From Tetramitus jugosus (lineage: Eukaryota; Protista; Heterolobosea): a stretch of DNA of 64,000 nt. The position numbers were made by a program, and so were the translations under genes. Each line of letters starts with the position of its first letter. Positions within the stretch are counted from its first letter, which is position 1. Shown one piece after another: positions 9,990-21,446 of the stretch. The notes under the pieces were generated by a model that saw only the letters and a program-made list of their open reading frames with translations, ran no database searches and was not told the origin of the DNA. Location of the stretch: the NCBI GenBank assembly GCA_937625935.1, contig OW569377.1:372001-436000 (forward strand). The letters are read 5' to 3'.

Positions 9990-11202
9990 ATGAATGTCCA
10001 CAAATCGTTGGTCATTGAGGAAGTGACCGACCAGTTCAAGAATCATGAGACTCTGACTCCTCGAAGTGCCAATCTATCTGATAGTTCACAACAGTTGTGC
10101 GAGTCTTTTCAATGTGGAAACTCCTGGTTTTTCATCAATTCAAAGTACAAGAATTGGCCCGTCATGTACGAGTTGGATATGGAGCGCAAGGAATGGAAGA
10201 GCTCCAAGTCATTGGGTGAAGACCAATCCAATTCTTTTGCAACGTAAGTTGTTTGAAATTTTAAGTGAGACTATTGTGGTTGTTTTCTCATCAATTCTTC
10301 GGTTTGTGTGGCTGTGTGTGTGTGATAGAGGAATGTATTCGATCGTGTCGGATGGGGCAGGACAAGTGTATTGGTATGGTGGATCTGATGTGTACTTTTA
10401 CTCTCCAGTGAATGACTTGAATGTGTTTAATCCCTTGTTGAAAACATGGACCATGATTACACCAAAATTACAAATTGATACTCAGGGTGGTGAATTCCCA
10501 TTTCTCGAGTATTGTGATGCGACGGAGCCATTGGATACAGATATTGAGTATTGTGGAGGACCGTGCTTGTTTGCATTCGGTGGTTACGATCACCATGAAT
10601 TAAAGTGCAGTGACAATCTTTATCGCTATGATATCCTATCTAGTACTTGGATCACAATGAGCTCCACGATTAAACCGATTGAGCGAAGCAGTGGAACCAT
10701 GGTTCACTTGAGGAATAAGCAAAAGCTGTTGCTGTATGGTGGTAGTGGTGTAGAGCACAAACAGTATTATGATGATTTGTGGACATTTGACTTGAGTAAA
10801 CGGAGACAAGGTTGGCAACAGGTGACTTCAACAGGCGAATCACCATTAGATTCAACCAAATATTCAACTCTAAATGTGGTGATTAGAGGTTTGGAACCCA
10901 AGATAATGGTATTGCAAGAGAGTGAAGCAACAAAGGAGATCTTGTTTTATTTATTGGATTGCTCAACTCTGCACTGGACAATGCTTAATTCCCATATTCG
11001 GATGCAGCCACGCTTTGTATCCATTTTTCAACCAAAGTACGAAGATTTAGGAACTCACTTCTACATGTACTTGGCCCCACCGAGTCAAGGAGAACATGTA
11101 TACTCTGTTTCGATCAAAGACAATCGAATGAGCTTTAAATTACATCAAGCCTTGTTAAGGAGACACCTATCCGATGTCATCATTGATTGTGAAGCATCAT
11201 AG
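9990..11202 (+). CDS. Kelch-repeat beta-propeller protein (intron 10244-10328)
   Basis: GG motifs YWYGG, FAFGG, LLYGG with DLW.FD; GTAAGT..TAG intron joins ORFs 9933 and 10066 in frame; start uncertain. Confidence 0.75.
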
Positions 11203-11675
11203 GTTCGCTTCACTCCATAGCACAAACGGCAACTATTTGATCCAAAACCTGCTTAGTTTCTGTCCTACGACCATATTATTCACTCCTTATCAGTTGGCCG
11301 TGTTTTGCTTTCCTGCAGCCAAACACGCTCCATGACTTTTGAGCGAGTCTCACGTTACTCAAGTCACTTGCAAGAAGGACAGAATGGCAAACGACATATC
11401 ATAAGGCAAGGCTTGCTTATGAGGATGAAACTTCTATTATTTGGGGTTAAAAGAAAATGGGACAGCAACTCGGAATAGAGCGCGATCCCACAAGCCACTT
11501 TGTGACTTTGGACAGTGAAGGCTTTCAAAATGTGCTTGGAACTGTTTTGAATTAAATTCTCGCTTCTCCTCCAACCCTCAAATCCTTCCATAATTCATGG
11601 TGAGTGCCAAAAGAAAGTATGGGATCACAAGATACTAAAGGTGATAAGAATAAATAGGGATTTAATTGAAAAAAA

Positions 11676-13625
11676 TTACACCGAAAGTGCTAACGCAGCA
11701 AGAACACCTGCGTTTGGTGTTCCAAAGCCTGTGACTGGATCGTATCCAGGTTTGCATGGAAATCCTGGGCATTCACCATCGTCAGAATTTCGTCCAAATG
11801 TGATATCTCTGAAAGCACCTGGCACTCTGCTCCATTTCTTATAAATCAATGGATTCACAAAGCCCAACGTACTCTTGCCAGCATTCAATCGTACAGAATT
11901 GATAAGTGACAAAACTCCTGCAAATGTTGGTGTTGAGGCCGATGTTCCATCTACTGGCATAAACTCACCTCTATGTGCAATCAGATAATTAACTCCTAGG
12001 GCAGAAATGTCAGGATAAGCTCTTCCTGTAACGTTGTAAAAAGAAGTTGCTGGTAGGTTATCATTCGACCAATATTGCTTCACAGCTTCGAACTGATATT
12101 CGGGCATTGGGAAGTAATTGCTAAAGCCACCACCGGATGAAGTCCACGCCTCTTCACTCAGCTCTGAATCAGTATCGATTCTTGTGGCACCAACTGAGAG
12201 AACAGATGGAGAGCTGCCTGGCCACTCTGGTACAAACTGATTGCGATCTGCATTGCAACCAACTCCGCTGTCTCCTGATGCGAAGAGAATGGTTCTGCCA
12301 GAAATGCCCAATTTGACAAACTCGTCTTCCACTCGAAGAGCATACTCCTTGGAAATGCTGCCTTCAATGTCACCGTAGGACACACTATGGACCCATGGAG
12401 AATCCTGAGTTTGCGACATGTTGACAACCCACTTTAAGAATGTTTCTTGACCTTCGTGGAGTCCCTCATTGGACACAAACCATGTTGGTATACCTTCTCC
12501 GATAGCTGTAATGTATTGAATATCCAAATTGGCTTCTTCACCTGGCTTGTCCATATCATCGACTCCCAACACTCTAATCTTGCTTGGAGCAACGTTGAAT
12601 CTCTTCCAAAACAGTTGCAAATCAGTTTCATCATAATACTGCTCTAGGAATGATGCAACAGCTTGAGAGTTGAACCGGGAAGGATTTCTAGACAAGGAAG
12701 ACGAAACATTGTAATACTTTCGAATGACATCCGGAGTGACAAAGTTCTCTGCACCCATCTTGTTTGCCACTCTCATGGACTTTCTGTAGCTTCTCAATTT
12801 TTTCAACGAGCTGTCTCTTTTTCTTCTTTGGTTGCTGTTTGGGAATCGAATCAAATCACCAACAAATGCAATCGCATGTGCAAACTCTTCAGGCACACTA
12901 TACAACCGATCAGCTCTCAACACAATCTGCCCTGTTCTCACATTTTCAAACGGAATGAGCTTACACCCAAACAGCTCCATGGACAACGCAGAAGGAAAAT
13001 CAACCACAACAAAATCTTTGCCGCGCGAAGTGTGAGACACTCGCACGCCCTTGGTTTCAAAGCTCTTGAGCCATGATAAGACACCATTGACATGAGTCCC
13101 GGGTGGTGAAATCATTTCATCAATTTGATCCAATGTCCAATACTCACCGTATTGAGGACCATCTGGATCCGATACCTTGATTAACATGTCATACAACCAT
13201 CTTCTGTTTGCATGGTGAAGCGCAATCGTAGCTCTTGATTTTTTTGGAATCGCAGCTTCATTCACAACAGCTGCGGCGGCATCCTCCGAATCAACCACAG
13301 ATGAAGATGACGATGAAGATGAAGACAACCGTCTCCACAGCCTATTCCCATTGCTCTTCATCAAAACAGATTCAATAAAAAGCTCACTCGAAGCTTTTTC
13401 TTCTTCTTCCTTTTCTGCTTCACTCTTCTTCACACTGGACCAACCCTTCACTGGTTGATGCTTGTAATGTGACCAATTCTTCTCTGGGAAGAACCTTCGA
13501 CCAGAGAGAGCCGGAGCTTTGGTTGTTGTTTGACAGCAAATGTCATTCAACAATAAAAAAATCAACAACAAGGAGAGCAAGAGAGCACCTGTTGATGTTG
13601 TTGTGACTGTTGCGAGTGACTTCAT
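11676..13625 (-). CDS. TPP1: Tripeptidyl-peptidase I / sedolisin (peptidase S53)
   Basis: Signal peptide, pro-domain, EANLD, ASGDSG, GTSASTP and YDPVTGFG motifs. Confidence 0.93.
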   Translation of the reverse strand: MKSLATVTTTSTGALLLSLLLIFLLLNDICCQTTTKAPALSGRRFFPEKNWSHYKHQPVKGWSSVKKSEAEKEEEEKASSELFIESVLMKSNGNRLWRRLSSSSSSSSSVVDSEDAAAAVVNEAAIPKKSRATIALHHANRRWLYDMLIKVSDPDGPQYGEYWTLDQIDEMISPPGTHVNGVLSWLKSFETKGVRVSHTSRGKDFVVVDFPSALSMELFGCKLIPFENVRTGQIVLRADRLYSVPEEFAHAIAFVGDLIRFPNSNQRRKRDSSLKKLRSYRKSMRVANKMGAENFVTPDVIRKYYNVSSSLSRNPSRFNSQAVASFLEQYYDETDLQLFWKRFNVAPSKIRVLGVDDMDKPGEEANLDIQYITAIGEGIPTWFVSNEGLHEGQETFLKWVVNMSQTQDSPWVHSVSYGDIEGSISKEYALRVEDEFVKLGISGRTILFASGDSGVGCNADRNQFVPEWPGSSPSVLSVGATRIDTDSELSEEAWTSSGGGFSNYFPMPEYQFEAVKQYWSNDNLPATSFYNVTGRAYPDISALGVNYLIAHRGEFMPVDGTSASTPTFAGVLSLINSVRLNAGKSTLGFVNPLIYKKWSRVPGAFRDITFGRNSDDGECPGFPCKPGYDPVTGFGTPNAGVLAALALSV

Positions 13626-14293
13626 GCCTTGTTTGTGAATCAGTTTTTTTACGTGTTTTGAGTTGGAACAGAGTTCTTCTCCTCGTCATGGTGTCCTCTT
13701 GGGGGAGGGGGTTTTCCGAGGGTTCTCGCGCGGAGACGTAGAAGTTCCGTTTTTTCCATTACAGAAAGATACTCTAGTAAGGTATAGGTATGTATAATTG
13801 CTAGGAAGAGGAAGGAAAAGAAGTTTCGAAGGCATTCTAGACTCCTCAAACAAAACACCAACCATTCGGACAGCAATTAAGAGCGAAACAAACTGAAAGT
13901 GAACAGGTACTTCCTCTTGCTGGTTGCTTTGCGAAGGATGGGGAAATTCAAAGGAGGATCTCATCGATTGAAATCTTCGCGATTTTTACCTCCAAATAGC
14001 ATATCAATTAACTCTTCTAAAAGATTCTTTTCTCATCCATTGTATTGTATCCCAACATTATTCCTTAATTCCATGTTGTTTTCTCCGACAAGTCAACTCG
14101 CTGAATTGTTACAAAAAACGGCGGTGTTAAATTTGCCGGTTTGTGTGAAAAAAATTTGCCCAACCCAAATGAGATCTCGCCGCTGATGCCACTCACGGCA
14201 AAACTCTCAAAAAAATCTCAACGTGTTGGGTGTGCCTCACAAAAAAAAGCAACAACATCATCAACAACAACAAAAACAACAACAACAACAAAA

Positions 14294-15196
14294 ATGTCCA
14301 AGATTGAACTCTACTCACCAGAATTCTACGGAATGTGCTCCATTGGAGGTATCCTCTCCTGTGGTATCACTCACACCCTCGTCACTCCTGTTGACTTGGT
14401 CAAGTGCAGACTCCAAACCGGTTTCAAGTACAATGGCACCATTGATGGTATTAAGCAAATTGCCAGAGAAGGTGGTGTTGGTGGCTTGTTCAGAGGATGG
14501 GGACCAACTGCTGTTGGTTACTCCTTGCAAGGCATGTGCAAGTTTGGTTTCTACGAATTGTTCAAGAAGGAGTTCTTTGATATGTTCGAGGAAGAGACTG
14601 CACTCAAGTATAAGACTCTTGTCTACATGGGTGCTTCTGCTTCTGCTGAAGTGATTGCTGACGTTGCTCTCTGTCCATGGGAAGCTGTCAAGGTTAGAGT
14701 TCAAACTGACCCAACTTTTGCCAAGGGATTGAGCGATGGTTTGCCAAAGCTTATGGCTGGTGGTGGTGTTGGTGCCTTGTACAAGGGTCTTGCTCCATTG
14801 TGGGCTAGACAAGTTCCTTACACCATTATGAAGTTTACCGCTTTTGAGAGAACTGTTGAGTCCATTTACAAGTATGTCCTCAGCAAGCCAAAGGATCAAT
14901 ACTCAAAGATGGAGCAATTGGCTGTCACCTTTGTTGCTGGTTATATTGCTGGTGTCTTCTGTGCTGTTGTCTCTCACCCTGCTGATGTCGTTGTGTCCAA
15001 GTTGAACAAGAACCCTGGTTCTTCTGCTGGAGCCATCATCAAGGAGATTGGATTTGCTGGATGCTGGACTGGTCTTGGCCCACGTATCTTCATGGTTGGT
15101 ACTTTGACTGCTTTGCAATGGTTCATTTATGATACCTTTAAGGTGACTGTTGGTTTGCCAACTGCTGGTAGCGCTCCTGTTGCCCCTCAAAAGTAA
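14294..15196 (+). CDS. SLC25A3: Mitochondrial phosphate carrier (SLC25A3/Mir1/Pic2 family)
   Basis: Three carrier repeats (PVDLVKCR, PWEAVKVR, PADVVVSK); GYSLQGMCKFGFYE; RIFMVGTLTALQWFIYD. Confidence 0.95.
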   Translation: MSKIELYSPEFYGMCSIGGILSCGITHTLVTPVDLVKCRLQTGFKYNGTIDGIKQIAREGGVGGLFRGWGPTAVGYSLQGMCKFGFYELFKKEFFDMFEEETALKYKTLVYMGASASAEVIADVALCPWEAVKVRVQTDPTFAKGLSDGLPKLMAGGGVGALYKGLAPLWARQVPYTIMKFTAFERTVESIYKYVLSKPKDQYSKMEQLAVTFVAGYIAGVFCAVVSHPADVVVSKLNKNPGSSAGAIIKEIGFAGCWTGLGPRIFMVGTLTALQWFIYDTFKVTVGLPTAGSAPVAPQK

Positions 15197-15282
15197 ATTG
15201 GGTGTCTTTTTTTTCTTCTCTACTGGCTGATTACTTTGAGATTTATTTTGTACATGTCGCTTTGAGAAGCAATAATGACGCT

Positions 15283-16062
15283 CTAGAGTGTTTTTGTTGT
15301 CGTGGATGTCGCTGGGCCATGGTTGACACTGTTGCCAACCACCAGATCAGACGAAACATCCAATATCCCAGATGCGATATTTGAATTGACAAATGCGTTC
15401 AACTTGTCCTCCAATCGTACCATGCGATCTCTATTTTCGTAATAGTCCAGTGGCATGGATGATGACGAGGACAAGGATGGTTCCACAAGGATCGTTGGAG
15501 ATGACCATGGTGTTGATGTTACAGTTGTTGTTGTTGTTGTCGTGTTTGGTTCGACAACATTTGTGAATAGTGATGATGATGACGATGCAGCATCATCTTG
15601 ATGGTGATTAATCAGTGGCGGTAGCTGCACAGAAGGCAAAGATGTCGATAAGCTACCGTAAATGTTTCTCCACTGGTTCAACTCCAGTCGATGCATCGAA
15701 AGAGCATTCTCCATGGATCGAAGCCTCGTCTCCATCTCATTCTTTTTCCGCTCTTCCTTGTCGGAGTTTCTAGCACTCTCGAACAACAAGAGTCCAACAG
15801 CAACGACCAACAAGAATCCTTCACTGGCCAATTCTGCACCCAGTTCGATGGCTGCCTTCTCGTTCAACTCTTTTCTCTGTGTGTTTCGTTCTCCGACAAA
15901 AATTTGCATTCGAGTTTCTCCGCGATGCCAAAAACGCGCGCAACCAATCATCATTCCTTGAATGCGCGAATTTCCGACAGCCGAATTTTTAATTTTTTTG
16001 GCAATGGGTTTAGAGACACTCTTGATGATGAGAGCTGCGACTTTGATGAGTGGAAGAACCAT
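15283..16062 (-). CDS. OPA3: OPA3-like mitochondrial protein
   Basis: N-terminus MVLPLIKVAALIIKSVSKPIA; LNEKAAIELGAELASEGFLL; coiled coil. Confidence 0.88.
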   Translation of the reverse strand: MVLPLIKVAALIIKSVSKPIAKKIKNSAVGNSRIQGMMIGCARFWHRGETRMQIFVGERNTQRKELNEKAAIELGAELASEGFLLVVAVGLLLFESARNSDKEERKKNEMETRLRSMENALSMHRLELNQWRNIYGSLSTSLPSVQLPPLINHHQDDAASSSSSLFTNVVEPNTTTTTTTVTSTPWSSPTILVEPSLSSSSSMPLDYYENRDRMVRLEDKLNAFVNSNIASGILDVSSDLVVGNSVNHGPATSTTTKTL

Positions 16063-16416
16063 TGTGTTGGCTGTCGGCTCACTTGAAAATGTTTTTGTTT
16101 TTGTTTGTTGGTCTTTGTTTTTTGCGCGATTTGATTTCTTGGCGCGAAATCGCGATTTAGCCAAAACAACCTGACCGTTCTCATTTACAGATATTTTCCG
16201 ATAGGTCGGGAGATATGTCTCGAAGCCAGCACTGAGACTTATTGGAATTCTCCATTCGAAACTCATGAGAACAAACAACTGAGCAACAGCATGATACACT
16301 TTGTTCGTAATGTTGATTGATCAAGGAGGATGACTTGCGGTTCTTATCAAACCTCTTCCCATAGGTCTATGGGAAATACATGTGTTCAATAATGAACTCA
16401 CGAAATAGAAGGCACC

Positions 16417-16751
16417 AGATCCAACTTGAGGTCTGCAAACTTGAGCAATACCAACCGAACTGGTGTTGACTACACTAAGGCTTCGCTTTGCAATGCAAAT
16501 CTATCAAATGCGAATGAAACAAAGGCGAATTTGAAAGGGGCATCTTCAAACAGCAGATTGTTCATCGGCTAACTTTTATGCTGCGAACATCTTTCGTTGG
16601 GGTTGCATTCTTTACTACATTATGTGCTGGAACCAATTTTACGAGTGCCAATCTAAAAGGTGTAGATTTAAGAGAGGGAAATTTTTATGGGGCCTATTTT
16701 ACTGACGCTGGACTAAAAGCCATCTTTTACGGAGCAGATATGAGAGTTTAA
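16417..16751 (+). pseudogene. Frameshifted pentapeptide-repeat gene remnant
   Basis: SNLRS ANLSN..ASLCN ANLSN..ANLKG, then after shifts ADCSS ANFYA and TNFTS ANLKG VDLRE GNFYG AYFTD; stops and frameshifts. Confidence 0.7.
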
Positions 16752-16919
16752 TTCCACTGTTTGAGCAGAGAGCAGAAATCATCGAACACATGTTCTATAA
16801 ATAACCTTAGTCAACCAACAAGCGAAAGATCACGGTTTTGTAAAGAATCTCCGAACTTCTTTTTACTTCACAAAGGAACTTATCAAAAAAACAAACAATC
16901 CTTCAAACCAAAGAACAAC

Positions 16920-17642
16920 ATGACAGACTTGGACTTGGACTTTGATATCGATGATTTAATTTCGAGTTTCAATAAGACCAATCTTGACTCAAAGAATGAT
17001 CGTCGACTTTTTCTTGACTGGGCGACCACTCCTGTGGAAAAGGTGTTTCAATTCAAGTCGAGCTATACCAATTCTCCTATTGCTCTCAAGAAAGACCCAA
17101 ACAAGGACTTAATCGAAGAGTTTGAGGCCAATGGATTTGATGGGCATGACGATTTGCCCTCGCACATCGAGAAACTTCAAAAGCAATACAACTTGAATAG
17201 CGAAGAAGCCACGGTCTTGTACGTGTACACATTGCAAGAGGGAGATTATTTTGGTAAAGTGAATTCTTCTCTGAGAGCTTACAGACACAAGGCGTTTGAA
17301 TCCTTCATCTTTCACTTGAATAATGCAATCAAGAAAGTTAACAAGGCTCAAACTTGCAAAAGAGACACCGTGTTATATAGAGGAATGTCTGGAGCATGGA
17401 GCGACAAGAATCCTGACGTTGTTCTATTCAAGGGATTTACTAGTTCTAGCTCGAGCAAGGCGGTAGCAGACTCGTTTGCAGGTAGAGGTGTTATACTCAA
17501 AATTGTCCATCATTCAAGTGCTGCTGATATCGCTCTGTTTTCAAAGTTTAACGAATCAGAGTACCTCTTTCCACCTTACACAAGATTTAAAGTTGAGGGG
17601 TATGATGTTAAGAAGGGGGTTGTGACACTCAAAGAGATGTAG
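16920..17642 (+). CDS. NAD:arginine ADP-ribosyltransferase (R-S-E clade), no signal peptide
   Basis: LYVYT..VNSSLR helix region; LYRG; FTSSS; ESEYLF (E-x-E). Confidence 0.88.
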   Translation: MTDLDLDFDIDDLISSFNKTNLDSKNDRRLFLDWATTPVEKVFQFKSSYTNSPIALKKDPNKDLIEEFEANGFDGHDDLPSHIEKLQKQYNLNSEEATVLYVYTLQEGDYFGKVNSSLRAYRHKAFESFIFHLNNAIKKVNKAQTCKRDTVLYRGMSGAWSDKNPDVVLFKGFTSSSSSKAVADSFAGRGVILKIVHHSSAADIALFSKFNESEYLFPPYTRFKVEGYDVKKGVVTLKEM

Positions 17643-17732
17643 TTCCTACCTGACTTTTAGTATTTGAAGTAAACGATCTTGTTCACCAACGCCTTTATCG
17701 CACGATACTTGCTTTGTTGTAAAAAGTTAAAA

Positions 17733-17851
17733 GCCTACATTACTGAGGGTTCTCGAGTAGTCTCCTATCTCAATACTAACTCAGCCAGATGGTGCTTAAC
17801 TTCTCTATTCGAAATGGGAAGAGGTGGTTCCACCATTGTATGAACGTAGAC
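17733..17851 (-). rRNA. 5S rRNA: 5S rRNA gene, copy 3
   Basis: Matches copies 1 and 2 except GTTAGTA vs GTCAGTA; TTTT terminator; shares about 95 bp of upstream flank with copy 1. Confidence 0.93.
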
Positions 17852-17976
17852 ATTCATTAAGCAAATTGGAACTATCTCTGAGTTTTTTGGTTTTTGCTGG
17901 TGAGGAAATTGTACACTGCCAGTATTGATGAAATGTGTTAACTGGCAAGAAAGATAGGAGAGGAGTGTGGTGACTG

Positions 17977-18423
17977 GCTTCACAAATTACAAGCATTTCC
18001 CCAGAAAACTTTGGAGACCAAGGACTTGCTTTATGCTTCAGATACATTTCCATTGGTGTCATTCCACAGTTGTCAGATGCTCAACTAACTCAAGCTACCA
18101 ATGTCTCTCAAGTGTGTACCTGTGATCAGTACAGAGCTTTTACTGAACAACAATTGAAGGTGATTCAAGAAGTGAACCCTGTAGAATTTAAGATGTTGGA
18201 TCAACGTTGTGATACACCTCCTCCTCCAACACCCACTCCTTCAGAACACCCACTTCCACATCCACACTCACACACACCGAGCAAACGTGCAAAGAAGATT
18301 GGTGTTGGAGTCACTATCAGTGGAATTGCTGCTTTCATTGTAGTTGGTACATTGGGAGGTATTGCGGTATGCTTGATCAAGAATAATTCCAAGAGACAGT
18401 CTTATGACTCACTCCTGGCATAA
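17977..18423 (+). pseudogene. 5'-truncated 3' fragment of the Cys-rich surface-protein family (retains TM helix and YDSL tail)
   Basis: Begins abruptly with DNA near-identical to 20906 onward; no signal peptide or repeats. Confidence 0.8.
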
Positions 18424-18934
18424 ATTGTTGGTTGTTCCCTTCACAAATTCACTTCTCCTCTTGTTCATGTCGCACACCAATTGTGATTAAGGTTGTAATA
18501 ATGAGCTTTTCTAACATCTTCTTGTGCTGAAGACATTCCTGACGGCTCAAGAAGGATTGAAGAATGGCCTGTTTGATAAGAGCAAGCTTCATTCATTCAT
18601 GAATGAATTGGAGGAAAAGAATAGGAAAAGGTAGAAAGTTTCTATCACAAAAACCTTCAGTAGATCCCGGTATCCTTCAACTTGAACACGGCATGAATAC
18701 TTTGTAGTCTGAGATATTTTGTGTCTTCGAATGGGCTGCGCAAATGCCACGTCAAAGCCGCATAAAACCTCTCATAGGTGTCGCAGATATTGTACTCGAA
18801 TTGGGACCAACATCGGAAGAATCACCCTAAAAGGCAAAGGGGAAACTGTTGCATGAATCTCCAAGTCAGTCATCAAAATTTTGGACAGGGTGACCGATCC
18901 AATCAATCAGAATTCATAAAACAGTAACATAAAC

Positions 18935-21235
18935 ATGTGGTTAGCACAACACCTTGTTCTCCTGTTCATAGCTTTCATCTCGTTCTTTGTCCTGTTGGTA
19001 TCCTCTGTCCATGCGAGTGATATTCCATGGTCCACTCTCACTGCCCAACAACTTTCAGAAGTGCCTGCTGAGGAGTTCTCCAAAATTTCCTCAGCTGGAT
19101 TGGCATCCATTCCAAGTTCAAGTTGTAGTGGTTTCCAAGCGGCTCAAATCTCCAATATTTACAGGTATGCATGCTCTGGTTTCCAAGCTTCTTGTTTTGA
19201 GAACATTCCTAGCAGTGTTTTCAGCGGTTTCAAGAGTGGCTGTCTCGGTGATTGGGATCAAGATCAAGTTCATGGCATCTCCAGCCAACAAGTTGCACAA
19301 TTGACACCAGAAGCAATGAGTGGACTCAAAACTGCATTGAAAGGAATCACAGGAGAAACTTGTTCTGGATTTTACAATGCTCAGTTGGCCCAATTACAAA
19401 AGTACTCGTGCACCTATTTAGAGAGTGATTGCTTTTCATTCTTGACTGCCAATGCCACAAGTGGATTCACTTCAGATTGTGTCAGTAACTTTGATGCTTC
19501 TCAGGTTCAAGGACTTGGTCAAAATCAGATGTCTGCTTTCTCTCCAGCTGCATTTGCTGGATGGACCTCCAAGGCACTTGCTTCAGTTCAAGAAAATGCT
19601 TGTTCTGGATTCAAGGCTTCTCAGATTGAAATGTTGTACAAGTACACTTGTTCTGGTTTCGCCGGTCAATGTTTGTCAAAGATGCTTCCAGAGAGCTTCT
19701 CAGGATTTACCTCAGATTGTATTGCCAACATCTATTATGCTCAATTGGACATGATTTCTCAAGAACAAATTTCTCAGTTGACTGAATCTGCTGTCACAGG
19801 ATTCAGCGCAAAGCAGATGAGCAGTTTGAATGCAGTAGCTTGTTCAGGTTTCTCAAAGGGACAGGTCTCCAACTTTCACAAATACTCTTGCACTGGAATT
19901 TCAGATTCTTGCATGTCACACATTCCTGCAGAGAGCTTTGCTGGATTCACCTCTGATTGTGCAAATAATTGGGATCAATTTGCATTGAGCAAAGTATCCA
20001 GTGAACAAATGACTGATCTCTCAGAGTCAGGAGTTTCTGGAATCTCACAGAAGGTGTTGCAATCTATCGAACCATCTGCTTGTGCAGGATTTACAAACAA
20101 ACAATTGAGTGTGGTGCCCAAGTATAGTTGTGCAGGGTTTGTTTCTGTGTGTACAGCCAACATTCCTTCAAATCAATATTCTGGCTTCTCTGCTTCATGC
20201 ACAGCTCAGTTTTCTAACTCTGCCCTTCAACAAATCAGTGCAATTCAATTGAAATCTTTCACACCTGAAGCTCTCAGTGCGGTTCGATCCGCTACTTGGA
20301 GCAATATTCCAGGAGAGAGTTGCAGTGGTCTCAATGGCAATTTGACCAGTGGCTTGGGGTATGGATGTTCAGGAATTACTGCACAATGTATTCAATCGAT
20401 CAAGGATTCATCTGCCATTTCTGCACTCACCAATCAATGCACCAGAAATTTGCCCACTGATTCTATTGCAGTGTTCTCTCAGAGCCAACTGGCTAAACTC
20501 AGTGCTGATGGTGTCAGTGGATTCAATGGAGTTGCTTTCATAGCTCTTGTTGGGAATAACCAACTGGGCTTCGTCGATCTGATGACTCTGGAGCAGGTGT
20601 CACTCGTTACACGTCAGGCCATCTATGATCTCACCCGATATCTAGTATCTAATCGCACCTTATCTCCACCAAAGAAGGTGATCACCAAGGATGAATTGTC
20701 TTCTTTGACATGGCTTCAACTCGCTTATTCCACAATCAACTCATGTCAAGCAACTCTCAACGGCAATTCGATGAAGCAACTTCCAGATTTGACATTGCAA
20801 GGTCTTCGCAATGACACCATTGTTGTCCTCCCATCTGATATCCTTTCTCAACTCTCTGCCCCTCAAATTCATAATCTTCTTCCTGATACAATCTGGACTG
20901 CTTCAGCTTCACAAATTACAAGCATTTCCCCAGAAAACTTTGGAGACCAAGGACTTGCTTTATGCTTTAGATACATTTCCATTGGTGTCATTCCACAGTT
21001 GACAGATGCTCAACTCGCTCATGCTGCCAAAGTGACTCTCTATCATTTCTCTCAAGCATGTACCTGTGATCAATTTAGAGCTTTTACTGAACAACAATTG
21101 AAGGTGATTCAAGAAGTGAATCCTGATGAATTCAAGAAGTTGGATATAAGATGTGCTGCTTCACCCTCCTCATACTCACGTTCACATCCACGCACACAGG
21201 ACAAACGAACAGTGAATGTCCGTGTCAGAGGGTAA
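18935..21235 (+). CDS. Cys/Ser-rich repeat surface protein, paralog 1 (TM segment absent)
   Basis: Signal peptide; about 53-aa repeats (CSGF...Q...KYSC.G....C......FSGFTSDC); ends before a TM helix. Confidence 0.8.
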   Translation: MWLAQHLVLLFIAFISFFVLLVSSVHASDIPWSTLTAQQLSEVPAEEFSKISSAGLASIPSSSCSGFQAAQISNIYRYACSGFQASCFENIPSSVFSGFKSGCLGDWDQDQVHGISSQQVAQLTPEAMSGLKTALKGITGETCSGFYNAQLAQLQKYSCTYLESDCFSFLTANATSGFTSDCVSNFDASQVQGLGQNQMSAFSPAAFAGWTSKALASVQENACSGFKASQIEMLYKYTCSGFAGQCLSKMLPESFSGFTSDCIANIYYAQLDMISQEQISQLTESAVTGFSAKQMSSLNAVACSGFSKGQVSNFHKYSCTGISDSCMSHIPAESFAGFTSDCANNWDQFALSKVSSEQMTDLSESGVSGISQKVLQSIEPSACAGFTNKQLSVVPKYSCAGFVSVCTANIPSNQYSGFSASCTAQFSNSALQQISAIQLKSFTPEALSAVRSATWSNIPGESCSGLNGNLTSGLGYGCSGITAQCIQSIKDSSAISALTNQCTRNLPTDSIAVFSQSQLAKLSADGVSGFNGVAFIALVGNNQLGFVDLMTLEQVSLVTRQAIYDLTRYLVSNRTLSPPKKVITKDELSSLTWLQLAYSTINSCQATLNGNSMKQLPDLTLQGLRNDTIVVLPSDILSQLSAPQIHNLLPDTIWTASASQITSISPENFGDQGLALCFRYISIGVIPQLTDAQLAHAAKVTLYHFSQACTCDQFRAFTEQQLKVIQEVNPDEFKKLDIRCAASPSSYSRSHPRTQDKRTVNVRVRG

Positions 21236-21446
21236 ATCTGGAGTATAGGAGGGACGATTTCACAGCATTGACAACTTATGATTCGCTCGTGTGCTTCCAA
21301 AATGAACTCACTCTTCTTTTCCGCATTCTTTGTTGTTGGTCTATCCTTCTATTTCCACATGAGAAGAATTCCAAGATGACAGGGTCAAATTTTTTGGGAG
21401 GGTTGCAACATGTGAACTCACACACAAAAACACGAAACAAAACAAC

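Noticed and set aside
18591-18608. 18-bp palindrome ATTCATTCATGAATGAAT
   Set aside because: Built from a simple 4-nt repeat; no supporting context
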